The notes under the pieces are model-generated. The model saw nothing but the letters and a program-made list of their open reading frames with translations. It was not told the DNA's origin and did not search any database. Positions 16,323 through 26,865 of a stretch of 64,000 nucleotides of DNA are shown here, in pieces. Every line of letters starts with the position of its first letter. Within the stretch, counting starts at the first letter, position 1. The stretch spans positions 2,487 to 66,486 of IMG/VR virus record IMGVR_UViG_3300032316_000223, one strand, 5' to 3'. Made by a program: the position numbers and the translations under genes. The DNA comes from a virus.

Positions 16323-18353
16323 GTGTCAGATATCTTTTCTTTTCGTTTGTCAGATGAGTTTGTAAATAAATATACTGAGGTACCAGCCCCATTTGGCTTT
16401 TCAGATGCTGGATCAAACTCTTTAGGTGAGATTACTTTTATACGTACCTATTCTCGTATGAAAGAAGACGGAACAAAAGAAAGATGGCATGAGGTTTGCA
16501 AGCGGGTAATTGAAGGAATGTATTCAGTACAAAAGAATCACGCTAAAGACAATAGACTTCCATGGAACGACAATAAGGCACAGAAGTCTGCTCAAGAAGC
16601 CTTTCAAAGAATGTTTGAATTAAAATGGACACCTCCAGGTCGTGGTCTATGGGCATTTGGCACTCCTATGACTATGGAGAAGCGTAACTCTGCTTCCCTT
16701 CAAAACTGTGCAATGGTTTCTACTCGTGATATTGATCGTAATGATCCTGGAGCATTATTTGCTTGGGTTATGGATGCTTTAATGTTGGGTATTGGTGTAG
16801 GCTTTGATACCGTCGGTCAAGACAAAGAAATGCCTATCTATGCTCCAACAGAGCCAGAAAATGTATGGGATATTCCAGATACTCGTGAGGGCTGGGTTGA
16901 TTCTGTAAGAATGCTCTTAAACTCATACCTACGCCCTAATCAGGCTATACAGAAGTTTAACTATGACCTTATCCGTCCTCTAGGTGCCCCTATAAAAGGC
17001 TTTGGAGGGGTTGCTAGCGGTCCAGAACCACTCATTGCACTACACAGTAAGATAGACAGGGTAATTGGCGGTAGACCAGGAGAAACACTTGATTCTCGTG
17101 CAATAGTAGACATTGTAAATCTTATTGGTACATGTGTTGTTTCTGGTAATGTTCGTCGTTCTGCTACTTTGGCTTTAGGAAATGCTGAAGATAAAGATTT
17201 TATTAATTTAAAAAATGCAGAGGTTTTTCCAGATAGAAACTCATTTGATTCAAAGAATCCAGGATGGGCTTGGATGTCTAATAATTCTATTTCTGCAGAA
17301 GTTGGAACAAAATATGAAGACTATGTTGACTTAATTGCAGACAATGGAGAGCCAGGATTTATTTGGCTAGATGTTGCTAGAGATTATGGAAGATTAGCGG
17401 ACGCTCCAGATTATAAAGATTCTCGTGTTATGGGATTCAATCCATGCGCTGAACAACCATTGGAAAGTTATGAATTATGCACACTTGTAGAAGTTCATCT
17501 AAATCGTCATGAAAATAAAGAAGACTTTTTACGTACATTAAAGTTTGCTTACTTATACGGCAAGACTGTTACGCTTATGCCAACACATTGGCAAACTACA
17601 AATGGAATCATGCAACGTAATCGTCGTATTGGAACATCACTTACGGGCATTGCATCTTTTGCAGATAAAAAAGGTATGCCGATTATTCGTGAGTGGATGG
17701 ACGAAGGTTATAAAAAGATTCGCTCATATGATCACACATACTCAGAATGGCTATGTGTACGTGAATCAATTCGTGTAACTACCGTCAAACCTTCAGGATC
17801 TGTTTCATTGTTATCTGGTGCAACACCAGGAGTCCATTGGGGTCCAGGAGGAGAGTTCTATCTTCGTGCTATAAGGTTTGGTAATACAGATCCAATGGTG
17901 CACCTATTTAAAGCAGCAGGGTATAAAATTGAAGATGACGTAGTATCAGCAAACACTTCAGTAGTATATTTCCCAGTAGCATCTGGACATCCTCGTTCTG
18001 AAAAGGATGTAAGTCTTTTTGAAAAGATTGGTTTGGCTGCTACCGCTCAAAAGTATTGGTCTGATAATGGAGTATCCGTAACTTTGTCATTTGACAAGGA
18101 GTCTGAGACCAAGCACATTGCTCCAGCATTACACATGCATGAAGGTCAATTAAAGGCAGTTTCATTTTTACCTATGGGTAATAAAACTTATCCACAGCAA
18201 CCATATACAAACATTACAAGAGAAGAGTATAACTCTTATGTTGGTAAAATTGGTAAAATTGATTGGTCTGCTATTTATGATGGCAAGGATAATCTTGATG
18301 CAGAGTCTGAAAAGTATTGCTCAACAGACGCTTGCGAAATCAAACTATATTAG
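16323..18353 (+). CDS. nrdJ: class II (adenosylcobalamin-dependent) ribonucleotide reductase
   Basis: RTYSR, PPGRGLW, LQNC, GNVRRSA, NPCAEQ.L...ELCTL, TTVKPSGSVSLL, C-terminal C...CE redox pair. Confidence 0.93.
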   Translation: MSDIFSFRLSDEFVNKYTEVPAPFGFSDAGSNSLGEITFIRTYSRMKEDGTKERWHEVCKRVIEGMYSVQKNHAKDNRLPWNDNKAQKSAQEAFQRMFELKWTPPGRGLWAFGTPMTMEKRNSASLQNCAMVSTRDIDRNDPGALFAWVMDALMLGIGVGFDTVGQDKEMPIYAPTEPENVWDIPDTREGWVDSVRMLLNSYLRPNQAIQKFNYDLIRPLGAPIKGFGGVASGPEPLIALHSKIDRVIGGRPGETLDSRAIVDIVNLIGTCVVSGNVRRSATLALGNAEDKDFINLKNAEVFPDRNSFDSKNPGWAWMSNNSISAEVGTKYEDYVDLIADNGEPGFIWLDVARDYGRLADAPDYKDSRVMGFNPCAEQPLESYELCTLVEVHLNRHENKEDFLRTLKFAYLYGKTVTLMPTHWQTTNGIMQRNRRIGTSLTGIASFADKKGMPIIREWMDEGYKKIRSYDHTYSEWLCVRESIRVTTVKPSGSVSLLSGATPGVHWGPGGEFYLRAIRFGNTDPMVHLFKAAGYKIEDDVVSANTSVVYFPVASGHPRSEKDVSLFEKIGLAATAQKYWSDNGVSVTLSFDKESETKHIAPALHMHEGQLKAVSFLPMGNKTYPQQPYTNITREEYNSYVGKIGKIDWSAIYDGKDNLDAESEKYCSTDACEIKLY

Positions 18354-18388
18354 TCTTCATCCTGCTATAATAAGGGGATAGGAGAAAT

Positions 18389-21300
18389 ATGTCTACCCCA
18401 TCAAATTTATATGCAGAAAAAGTATATTCTGAGCATCCACTAGTTTTGTGGGCATTAGACGACACCCTTGACTATAAAAGTTTAATTACTGAAGCGCAAC
18501 GCAATCTTACAACCTTGTGGGCAAAAACAAACTGCGTAGTTTCAGCATCAGCCGAAGATTTAGATGAACCATTTTTAGATAGTAGTTTGTCAAGAATTAG
18601 AGTTAACGTTCCATCAACAGAAACACTTGAATCATCAGTGATTAGCCCCAACATACTTAATATTAACACTCTTGCAGATCTTGGAACATTTACTGTTGGA
18701 TCATACTTTTACTCAAATAGCGTTTATTTGCAAAGTGTTTCTATAGGTTATGAATATACAGATCCAGCCACATCAACCATAGTTCAAAATTTAAAAACAT
18801 TTACTAGCACACTTTATCAAAAATGGGGATTTATTTCTGAAACTTTTGAAATTCCAAATGTTTCTGCACAATTACGAATTGTTGTTAAAATTAAAATTTT
18901 TGAAGGTTCAGGAACATCAGCAGAGAATGAGTTTTATATAAATGGCATTACTTTTGGGCAATGGAATGAAGAATTTAATACATACTCTTTAAATGGAATA
19001 ACAGAGACCACTGTGCCAGCAACAGTAAGCATCTATGGCGGATATGATGCAGTAGAGGCACAAGCATATGGAGTTGCAGAAGACTCTGGATACTATATTA
19101 CTGAAGGTGGTTTAAAGTGTAAAAATGCTGGCATTCCTTTAGTTTACGGTGCAAGCGGAGTAACAAGATTAGAACCAAATACTGACGCATCTTTAATTCT
19201 TCCAGGTAAAGGATTTTTAAATAAAAAGGGCCAGTATAACGACTACACAATTGAGTTCTGGGCAAGAATAGCAGTAAACACATCTACACCATTTAAAATA
19301 TTTGGACCAATATCGTCTGAAGATGGTTTGTATGTTGAAGATGGATTTTTAACATTAGTTATTGGCGATCAGTTTTCATCACACTTTGTTGGTGAGTGGT
19401 TTAGACCAATGCTTATTCATATTCGTTTAATTAAAGATTCTGCATCTTTATTGGTTAATGGTGAAGAGGTTTTATCATTATCTTTAGATACCACTAATCT
19501 AACTCTTCCAGAAGAACTTGACAATAGCGGAGACAATCAAGACTGGGTAGGATTCTATGCAAGCAATGCTGTGTACCCTTTTGAAATTGACTGCGTTGCT
19601 ATATATTCTTATCAGGTTCCAGTTACAGTTGCAAAGCGCAGGTGGGTTTATGGACAAGGAGTTATTTCTGCAGAGGGAATAAACTCATCTTATGGAGGAA
19701 CAACTGCCTTTATAGATTATCCATTTGCAAATTATACGGCTAACTATAATTATCCAGACTTTGCTGGTTGGGATCAAGGAAGTTTTGATAACCTAGCAAC
19801 TAGTCAAACAAATTTAAGAACCCCTGAGTATGCTTTGCCAGAAATATTCCTAGGCAATAAAACATTACAAGAACTGTATGATGCAAATAAAAACATACAA
19901 GATAACGAGTCTGGTCCTGTTATCAGCGATAAGTTTTTGTCTTTTAGACCTAATAATACTTGGAACTCTGTTGAGTCATATATTAATTTTTCAAGATTTA
20001 ACCTATTGTCAAGCGAAGTTGAAAGTTGTTACGGAGTATTTAGTTCTAACAACTTAGCATCAGATGAAATATTATTTAAAATATATAACCCTTTAAACAA
20101 TAACTATTTTACGATTCTTAAAGACGGAAACTTAATTAAATATTCCTTAACCTATAATGGAACCGCTCAACTGCTGTTTACCTCTACCGCAATAACGGCT
20201 AATAGTCTTTTTGCAGTTGGATTTAATATAAAAACATTATCAGAAAAATTTGGTAGTAACATGAGTTCTTTTTTTGGAAATCAAAGTTCTCTAAAGATGT
20301 ATGTGTGTGGAGATAACTCTGGAGACTACACTTTTACAGGAAGACTTTATTCTATTGGACTAGGAACAACTTTAAATTCTACAAAAATAACAAACTATAT
20401 TGACACAAACGGTTTTGTTGAATTAGACAAGGGGCAGCAGTTAATTAATCACACAGCCAGTTATACAGTCCTTCCTTCAGAAGCATATGAAAAGTATTTC
20501 TTGGATATAGGCATTGCAGGATACTGGCAAGATTACCTGCCTCTTTCTTACTTTGCTCAATTTGTAAAAAATAACAATGATGAAGAATTTTATGAAATAG
20601 ACTTTTTACAATTTAATTTAGGATATCCAACAACAACCACTCTAGAGCAAGAGTCTGGAACATCTTCTTCTTATTATAATACAGATGGCGCACAAATAAA
20701 AAGTTATGTAACATTTCAATATGTTGCAGATGGGGCAAACACACCAATTTCTTTTGCTAATGAAGAGCCAGCAAATGAATACAAGGTTCTTGACTTAAAT
20801 AACTATGAAAACTGGGAAACAACAAGGTTTGAAATTTTAAACAATACATTGATCTATCCAATTAAAACTATAGACTTTAATAAAATTGCAATTGTCTATA
20901 GTCTTGAATTTAACAGTCGTGGAGTTTTAACTAAGCCAATTCTATTAAACAAATTACAGTTGGCTTCTCAAGCATTTAATGATAACTCTTTTAATCCAAT
21001 AGGCACAAGATTTGGAGTAGATTTATTTCCATATAAAAAGAATGGAATTTATTTTGATTACAAATCTAAAAATCCGTTTAGCATATATAAAGAAAGCACC
21101 CCATACTTATATTTAACAAAAACATCTGGAATTGAAGTACGTGGTGAAATAAATATTCTAGAGAATCGTGGACTAAATCTTCCAATTAATAAAGAGTTAG
21201 CAACAGACTACAAGGTAAGCGCTATGCAGTTATGGCTAAGATATGATCAGGACGCATTTCCAACAACTGCAACAGAGATTTTTGAAATTAACCATAAAGG

Positions 21301-21853
21301 CGGAACCCTTAAGTTTTACCTACAAGCAAACAGTGCTGATCTAGACAGAGGTAGGATATTTGTTTTGAATCAAAACGGTGTTCCCTATAATGGTGTTGGA
21401 TTTTATTTAAATGGTAGTCTAGTAAGAGAGCCAGTTCTACCCCTTAAAGGATGGTCTTCAATAGGAATAGCATTTTTAACTTCTCTTGTTTATAATTCAT
21501 ATCTTGGAAGCATAAACTTGACGGGGCCAATATTATTTAACAACATTGCATACTATCAGGCAAACAGCCTACAAGAGGTTGAAAGCAGAACCCTAAGAAC
21601 TTGGTTCCAGGTATTGACAGATGGTATTACAACAAATGATTGGCAATTTTGGTCCAGTAACTTTACCTGGGATGGAATGTTAGTAATAGGATCATCAGAG
21701 TTCTACGGAATTAACCCCTCAGATATTTACAAGACATATATAGGCACAAATAAAATAATTGTTGATGACGGAGAAGGATTAGTCTATCAACCTGAAAAAT
21801 TAAATATATATGCAAGTACAGAGTGGTCAACCAACGTCTCTACACCAGTATAA
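18389..21853 (+). CDS. large virion structural protein with LamG/ConA-like domain
   Basis: HPLVLWALDD N-terminus; YTIEFW...IDCVAIY LamG-like segment; 1154 aa upstream of portal. Confidence 0.55.
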   Translation: MSTPSNLYAEKVYSEHPLVLWALDDTLDYKSLITEAQRNLTTLWAKTNCVVSASAEDLDEPFLDSSLSRIRVNVPSTETLESSVISPNILNINTLADLGTFTVGSYFYSNSVYLQSVSIGYEYTDPATSTIVQNLKTFTSTLYQKWGFISETFEIPNVSAQLRIVVKIKIFEGSGTSAENEFYINGITFGQWNEEFNTYSLNGITETTVPATVSIYGGYDAVEAQAYGVAEDSGYYITEGGLKCKNAGIPLVYGASGVTRLEPNTDASLILPGKGFLNKKGQYNDYTIEFWARIAVNTSTPFKIFGPISSEDGLYVEDGFLTLVIGDQFSSHFVGEWFRPMLIHIRLIKDSASLLVNGEEVLSLSLDTTNLTLPEELDNSGDNQDWVGFYASNAVYPFEIDCVAIYSYQVPVTVAKRRWVYGQGVISAEGINSSYGGTTAFIDYPFANYTANYNYPDFAGWDQGSFDNLATSQTNLRTPEYALPEIFLGNKTLQELYDANKNIQDNESGPVISDKFLSFRPNNTWNSVESYINFSRFNLLSSEVESCYGVFSSNNLASDEILFKIYNPLNNNYFTILKDGNLIKYSLTYNGTAQLLFTSTAITANSLFAVGFNIKTLSEKFGSNMSSFFGNQSSLKMYVCGDNSGDYTFTGRLYSIGLGTTLNSTKITNYIDTNGFVELDKGQQLINHTASYTVLPSEAYEKYFLDIGIAGYWQDYLPLSYFAQFVKNNNDEEFYEIDFLQFNLGYPTTTTLEQESGTSSSYYNTDGAQIKSYVTFQYVADGANTPISFANEEPANEYKVLDLNNYENWETTRFEILNNTLIYPIKTIDFNKIAIVYSLEFNSRGVLTKPILLNKLQLASQAFNDNSFNPIGTRFGVDLFPYKKNGIYFDYKSKNPFSIYKESTPYLYLTKTSGIEVRGEINILENRGLNLPINKELATDYKVSAMQLWLRYDQDAFPTTATEIFEINHKGGTLKFYLQANSADLDRGRIFVLNQNGVPYNGVGFYLNGSLVREPVLPLKGWSSIGIAFLTSLVYNSYLGSINLTGPILFNNIAYYQANSLQEVESRTLRTWFQVLTDGITTNDWQFWSSNFTWDGMLVIGSSEFYGINPSDIYKTYIGTNKIIVDDGEGLVYQPEKLNIYASTEWSTNVSTPV

Positions 21854-21865
21854 TCTGATATACTT

Positions 21866-22267
21866 ATGGTTATGGAATCCCTAATTAACCCAAAAACTGG
21901 TAAGCCTTATGTTAAAAATGTCCGTCGCCAGGTAATAGATAAGCATTATGACTGGGGTCTTTACGTATATAAGACATCCTCTGGTAAATGGTTTACAGAC
22001 GAAGAAGGATCAGTTCTAAATATACCTTCCGACCGTGGAGACATTTCAAAAATTGCAGAGTTAAAAAAAGTTGCAATACATTACGGAGATGATGGACTTG
22101 GCACAGCAGTATTTGTTCCAGGGCTAACTCAAGTTAGTGAAGAAGAGTATTCCGAACAAAAGGCAAGATTAAAAGAAGGATTAATTCCTTCAATGAATGA
22201 TTTAGGTGCCTGGCATGCAGCACAACAAACATTGGAAAAACATGGAAGAGGTGCAATGGATGAGTGA
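21866..22267 (+). CDS. hypothetical protein upstream of portal
   Basis: ORF with TGATATACT just upstream (ATG 21872 is a likely leaderless start). Confidence 0.6.
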   Translation: MVMESLINPKTGKPYVKNVRRQVIDKHYDWGLYVYKTSSGKWFTDEEGSVLNIPSDRGDISKIAELKKVAIHYGDDGLGTAVFVPGLTQVSEEEYSEQKARLKEGLIPSMNDLGAWHAAQQTLEKHGRGAMDE

Positions 22268-23864
22268 TCAAGAATATATCCGTGCAAGTCTTAATACAGA
22301 AGAAAAACAAGACAACATTTTTAAATCACATGACCCATTTAACAAAACTTGGGATGTTTTAAAAGATTATGTTGGGCTTGACCAAAACTTTCGTCGTAGA
22401 ACAACTCGTAATTTAACAAAATATGCTGCACCCGAATTCAATGAAGCATACTTAGACGCAGCAAACGCAACACCATCTGGAGTAAATGCTGGATCTAAAC
22501 AAATCAATCCTGGCACGGTATATAGGAATGGTTACGGACTATTTGACGTAATTACTCCTCCATACAACATGTACGAATTAGCCAACTTCTATGACACATC
22601 ATTTGCTAACCATGCTGCAATTGACGCCAAGGTAGAAAACATTGTAGGTCTTGGATATCGCTTTGATATATCGGATAGAACGTTGTTAAGGTTTGAAATG
22701 AACGAAGATGCAGGTGCGGTAGAACGTGCTCGTAATCGTATTGAAAGAGCCAAGATTCAGGTACGTGACTGGTTAGAAAATTTAAATGATGATGATAGTT
22801 TTACAAAAACAATGGAAAAAGTTTACACAGACCTTCAGGCAACAGGTAATGGATTCATTGAAGTAGGTAGAACAACTGCTGGAGAAATTGGCTATGTTGG
22901 CCACATTCCAGCAACAACTGTTCGTATACGACGTTTACGTGATGGTTTTGTGCAGATTATTGGTCAAAAGGTAGTTTACTTTAGAAACTTTGGAGCAAAA
23001 AATGCAAACCCTATGGGTACAGATCCACGCCCTAATGAAATAATTCATTTAAAAGAATACTCACCTTTAAATACATTTTACGGTATTCCAGATATTATTG
23101 CAGCAATGCCATCTCTTATTGGAGATCAACTTGCTTCTCAATATAACATTGACTACTTTGAAAATAAGGCTGTTCCAAGATATGTTGTAACCTTAAAAGG
23201 TGCAAAACTTTCAGGTGATGCTGAAGATAAAATGTTTAGATTTTTACAGACTGGCCTTAAGGCTCAATCACACAGAACCCTTTATATTCCGCTTCCTGGA
23301 GACACAGAAGGAAATAAGGTTGAATTTAAGATGGAACCAATTGAAAACGGTATCCAGGATGGCTCATTTAAAGAGTATCGCAAACAAAACCGTGATGATA
23401 TTTTAATTGCCCATCAAGTTCCTATTTCAAAACTAGGTGGTGCAGATTCTGGAGGCGTTGCAGCAGCGCTTTCTCAAGACCGTACATTTAAAGAACAGGT
23501 ATCTCGTCCAGCGCAGAGACATTTGGAAAAGGTTGTAAACAAAATCATAAGAGAAAAAACAGACATTCTTGAACTTAGGTTTAACGAACTAACCCTAACT
23601 GATGAAATTGCACAATCTCAAATTCTTGAAAGATATGTAAAGACTCAGGTTATGACTCCAAATGAGGCTCGTGAAATGTTAGACTTGCCATTAAGAGCAG
23701 ATGGAGATACGCCATTTGTTATGTCTCCAAGACAAGCAACCGATGCTAGAGCAAATTTAGCAGGGGATCGTCAAAGAGATTCAGAAAGAACAAATAACAA
23801 TTCTGATTCGCCAACTACTATATCTGGACGTAATGCACAAGGTGAGGGTAGATCGTCTCAATAA
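22260..23864 (+). CDS. portal protein
   Basis: GNGFIEV, EIIH.KEYSP...YGIP, YFENKAVP, MTPNEARE; start re-set to 22260 (GAGGT SD). Confidence 0.9.
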   Translation: MSDQEYIRASLNTEEKQDNIFKSHDPFNKTWDVLKDYVGLDQNFRRRTTRNLTKYAAPEFNEAYLDAANATPSGVNAGSKQINPGTVYRNGYGLFDVITPPYNMYELANFYDTSFANHAAIDAKVENIVGLGYRFDISDRTLLRFEMNEDAGAVERARNRIERAKIQVRDWLENLNDDDSFTKTMEKVYTDLQATGNGFIEVGRTTAGEIGYVGHIPATTVRIRRLRDGFVQIIGQKVVYFRNFGAKNANPMGTDPRPNEIIHLKEYSPLNTFYGIPDIIAAMPSLIGDQLASQYNIDYFENKAVPRYVVTLKGAKLSGDAEDKMFRFLQTGLKAQSHRTLYIPLPGDTEGNKVEFKMEPIENGIQDGSFKEYRKQNRDDILIAHQVPISKLGGADSGGVAAALSQDRTFKEQVSRPAQRHLEKVVNKIIREKTDILELRFNELTLTDEIAQSQILERYVKTQVMTPNEAREMLDLPLRADGDTPFVMSPRQATDARANLAGDRQRDSERTNNNSDSPTTISGRNAQGEGRSSQ

Positions 23865-23886
23865 TTGAGAAATTCCTTCAAAGCGG

Positions 23887-23895
23887 TGCTATAAT
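23887..23895 (+). promoter_or_regulatory. extended -10 promoter for protease/capsid
   Basis: TGCTATAAT 9 nt before ATG 23905, no SD. Confidence 0.7.
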
Positions 23896-23904
23896 TATAA
23901 CGTT

Positions 23905-25236
23905 ATGTTAATAAACAAGGCTCATTGGGAAACTAAAGGTGACAGTGTTCGCCTTTCAATGCCCATTGGAAAAGTAGATGTTGAGCGCCGTATGGTCTCT
24001 GGTTTTGCAACCCTAGACAACGTTGATCGTCAAAATGACATTGTAACAACAGAATCTAGTATAAACGCTTTTAAGAATTTCCGTGGTAACCTTCGTGAAA
24101 TGCATCAACCAAGTGCTGTTGGTAAAATTGTTTCTTTTAAAGAAGATAAGTATTTTGATCCAAGTACTAAAAAGTTTTATAGCGGAGTTTATGTTTCTGC
24201 TTACGTTTCCAAAGGTGCACAGAATGCATGGGAAAAAGTTTTAGACGGAACCTATACTGGTTTTTCAATAGGTGGAAACATTAAAGAATGGGATGACGCT
24301 TACGACGAGAAAATAGATAAGACAATTCGTGTAATTAAAACTTATGAGTTGTCAGAACTTTCTCTTGTAGATAATCCAGCAAATCAATTTGCAAACATAG
24401 TTTCTATTGAAAAAATTAATGGGCAAAACGTAGTTGATGGATATCTATCAAAAACAGAAATTGAAAATGTATTTTGGGACTCAGAAAACGGTATTGTCAT
24501 GGTATCTGATTCTGACTCTGCAACAAGTCCAGTAAATGGTAATGCAATGCAAAACATTGGTTTTATAGAAAAGAATGATAAAGATACTGAAAAACTAATA
24601 AAATTCTTAGTTGATAGTGCTAAAGGCATTAATACAATTAAGATTACTAAGGAGGTAAATCTAATGACAGAATCAACAAACACAGTTTCAGAAACTGTAG
24701 TTGAAAATGCAGAGGTTGCTCCAGAGGCACAAGCAGCAGAGGTAGTAGCAGAAGCAACAGCAATTGTTGCAGAAGCAGTAGAAACCCCTGCAGTCGCTGA
24801 AGAAGCACCAGCAGTTGAAGAACTTGCTCTTGCTAAATCAGATGACGCTAGTGCAGAATCTTCTGTTGCAAAAGCAGCAGTTGAAGTAGAGACTGTGGTG
24901 GAAAAATCCGTTGCAGATGTTAAAGAAGAAGTTGCTAAAGCGGTTTCAGAAATTAATAATTCTCTTACTAATGCCTTTGGCGATCTTGCTGCAACTATCA
25001 AATCTCTTAACGAGAAGGTAACAGCAGTAACAAAATCTCTTGAATCGGTAACATCTGATGTTAATGGAATCAAGAACAACTTTAACGAGTTTGGCAAGCG
25101 AGTAGATCTTGTAGAACAAGACACTGCTTTCCGCAAGTCTGGCGATCTAGGCGAGATCGTACAGGAATCACCACAAGTGATTCATAAAACCCTATGGGGC
25201 GGTCGTTTCCTCACAAATGCCGACCTATTTAACTAA
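23905..25236 (+). CDS. prohead (capsid maturation) protease fused to scaffold
   Basis: HK97-type protease motifs D.Q.DIV, REMH, GFSIGG, ELSLVD.PAN; Ala/Glu-rich coiled-coil C-terminus. Confidence 0.88.
   Translation: MLINKAHWETKGDSVRLSMPIGKVDVERRMVSGFATLDNVDRQNDIVTTESSINAFKNFRGNLREMHQPSAVGKIVSFKEDKYFDPSTKKFYSGVYVSAYVSKGAQNAWEKVLDGTYTGFSIGGNIKEWDDAYDEKIDKTIRVIKTYELSELSLVDNPANQFANIVSIEKINGQNVVDGYLSKTEIENVFWDSENGIVMVSDSDSATSPVNGNAMQNIGFIEKNDKDTEKLIKFLVDSAKGINTIKITKEVNLMTESTNTVSETVVENAEVAPEAQAAEVVAEATAIVAEAVETPAVAEEAPAVEELALAKSDDASAESSVAKAAVEVETVVEKSVADVKEEVAKAVSEINNSLTNAFGDLAATIKSLNEKVTAVTKSLESVTSDVNGIKNNFNEFGKRVDLVEQDTAFRKSGDLGEIVQESPQVIHKTLWGGRFLTNADLFN
24664..25236 (+). CDS. nested in-frame scaffolding protein (internal start)
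   Basis: TAAGGAGGT 7 nt before in-frame ATG 24664, at the start of the acidic/coiled-coil region. Confidence 0.55.
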   Translation: MTESTNTVSETVVENAEVAPEAQAAEVVAEATAIVAEAVETPAVAEEAPAVEELALAKSDDASAESSVAKAAVEVETVVEKSVADVKEEVAKAVSEINNSLTNAFGDLAATIKSLNEKVTAVTKSLESVTSDVNGIKNNFNEFGKRVDLVEQDTAFRKSGDLGEIVQESPQVIHKTLWGGRFLTNADLFN

Positions 25237-25265
25237 GGTAAAAAATCACTAGGAGGTGAAAAATA

Positions 25266-26414
25266 ATGTCGGAACAAAACACAAACATAGAAAAAAACTA
25301 TCCAGGTTCAGGTGGCTCAGGAGCAGAACTTAACTCTCAAGGCGCACTAGTATCTGGTGGTGTTGGAAGTGCTACTGGTCTGAATGCTGCAGGAGGATCT
25401 GTAGGTTCACAACTTGGTAACACTGCTACTGCTGGCTTTGGTGTAACAACTGGAGATAACGCAGTTAATCCAACAGGTAACGCAGGAGGTATTCTTGCAC
25501 CTGAACAAGCACAACGTTTTATTGATTACGTATGGGATGCAACTGTCCTTGCTAAAGATGGCCGTCGTGTCACCATGAGAGCAAACACCATGGAAATTGA
25601 AAAAGTCAACGTTGGAGAACGTGTAATTCGTGCAGCATCACAAGGCTCACCAAACTACACAAACACTGGCGCTAGATTTACAAAAGTTGAACTAACAACA
25701 AAAAAGATTCGTCTTGATTGGGAAGTAGCAACTGAAGCACTTGAAGACAATATTGAAGGCGGAGCATTGGAAGATCGTCTAGTACGATTAATGACCAACG
25801 CATTCGGTAACGATATTGAAGATCTTGCTATCAACGGTGATGGAGCAACAGGAGACTTCTTGTCCATCATGTCTGGTTTCGTAAAGCAAACTCGTGGAAC
25901 AGTAGGAAATGCTGCTCACGAATATGCTGCAACAGTATCAGACAACAATTTTACTACATCAGTAATGCAAGGCTTGCTATTAGCAATGCCTCGTAAGTAC
26001 CGTGCACTTAAGAGCAATCTTAAATTCTACGCAGGTACTGATGCTTTTGCTGGTATTGTTCGTAACAACGGTACACTTGCTGATGCAGTTGCAGAAGCAT
26101 TTGCTAATCGTCCAGGAAGCACTGAAGCAAATCGTCAGCAATTCCTTGATGGTGGCGCACAAACACTTGGTAACTCACGCACAACTCGTGTACTAGGTGT
26201 AGATGTTCTTGAAGTTCCTTACTACCCAGCAGGTTATGTTGACTTAACATTCCCTTCTAACCGTGTATGGGGTTTCCAGAGAGACATCACTGTAAACCGT
26301 GAATACAAGCCAAAGAAAGACACAATTGAATACACAGTATTCGTACGATTTGGTCTTGCTTGGGAAGAACTAGATGCAGTCGCTTATGTTGACGCAGATA
26401 GTGCTGATTCCTAA
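25266..26414 (+). CDS. major capsid protein (HK97 fold)
   Basis: GGIL.PEQ..RFID, EALEDNIEG, DIEDLAINGD, YTVFVRFG; strong AGGAGGT SD; follows the protease. Confidence 0.9.
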   Translation: MSEQNTNIEKNYPGSGGSGAELNSQGALVSGGVGSATGLNAAGGSVGSQLGNTATAGFGVTTGDNAVNPTGNAGGILAPEQAQRFIDYVWDATVLAKDGRRVTMRANTMEIEKVNVGERVIRAASQGSPNYTNTGARFTKVELTTKKIRLDWEVATEALEDNIEGGALEDRLVRLMTNAFGNDIEDLAINGDGATGDFLSIMSGFVKQTRGTVGNAAHEYAATVSDNNFTTSVMQGLLLAMPRKYRALKSNLKFYAGTDAFAGIVRNNGTLADAVAEAFANRPGSTEANRQQFLDGGAQTLGNSRTTRVLGVDVLEVPYYPAGYVDLTFPSNRVWGFQRDITVNREYKPKKDTIEYTVFVRFGLAWEELDAVAYVDADSADS

Positions 26415-26433
26415 AATATAGTCATCACGTACT

Positions 26434-26473
26434 AGGGAGGACGGCATAAAAACCGTCCTCCTTATTGTCTTTC
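26434..26473 (+). terminator. terminator after capsid gene
   Basis: GGAGGACGG-cataaaaa-CCGTCCTCC plus T-rich tail. Confidence 0.75.
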
Positions 26474-26490
26474 TGATGGTATAATTACAA

Positions 26491-26865
26491 GTGAACACAG
26501 GAGAAAAAATGAATCTAACAATGGATCAATTAAAAGATAAGACAGTCATGGCCCTAAAGGCATACGCAAAGAAAAATAACATAGAGTTGTTTGAATCAAA
26601 CACAAAACTTGAAATTTTAGAAATTTTGGCTAGTTGGATTCCGCCAGAAGTAAAAGAAGAAACTGCAGAAAAAGCAGGTAAAAATAAAGACTTAACAAAC
26701 AAAATAGCATTACACTCAGGCAGGAATCTTCATATGGAAGGTTTGGGAGCATTGAGCGTGGGGTATAACATAGTCTCAAAGGAGGCATCGGAAAAGTGGC
26801 TTACTCACAGGTTAGTACGAATAGCACAACCTGAAGAAGTAGCATCTTATTACGCTAAAGCATAA
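26491..26865 (+). CDS. hypothetical protein with Rho-N/HeH-like N-terminus
   Basis: LKDKTVMALKAYAKKNNI....TK.EIL pattern; alternative start ATG 26509. Confidence 0.55.
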   Translation: MNTGEKMNLTMDQLKDKTVMALKAYAKKNNIELFESNTKLEILEILASWIPPEVKEETAEKAGKNKDLTNKIALHSGRNLHMEGLGALSVGYNIVSKEASEKWLTHRLVRIAQPEEVASYYAKA

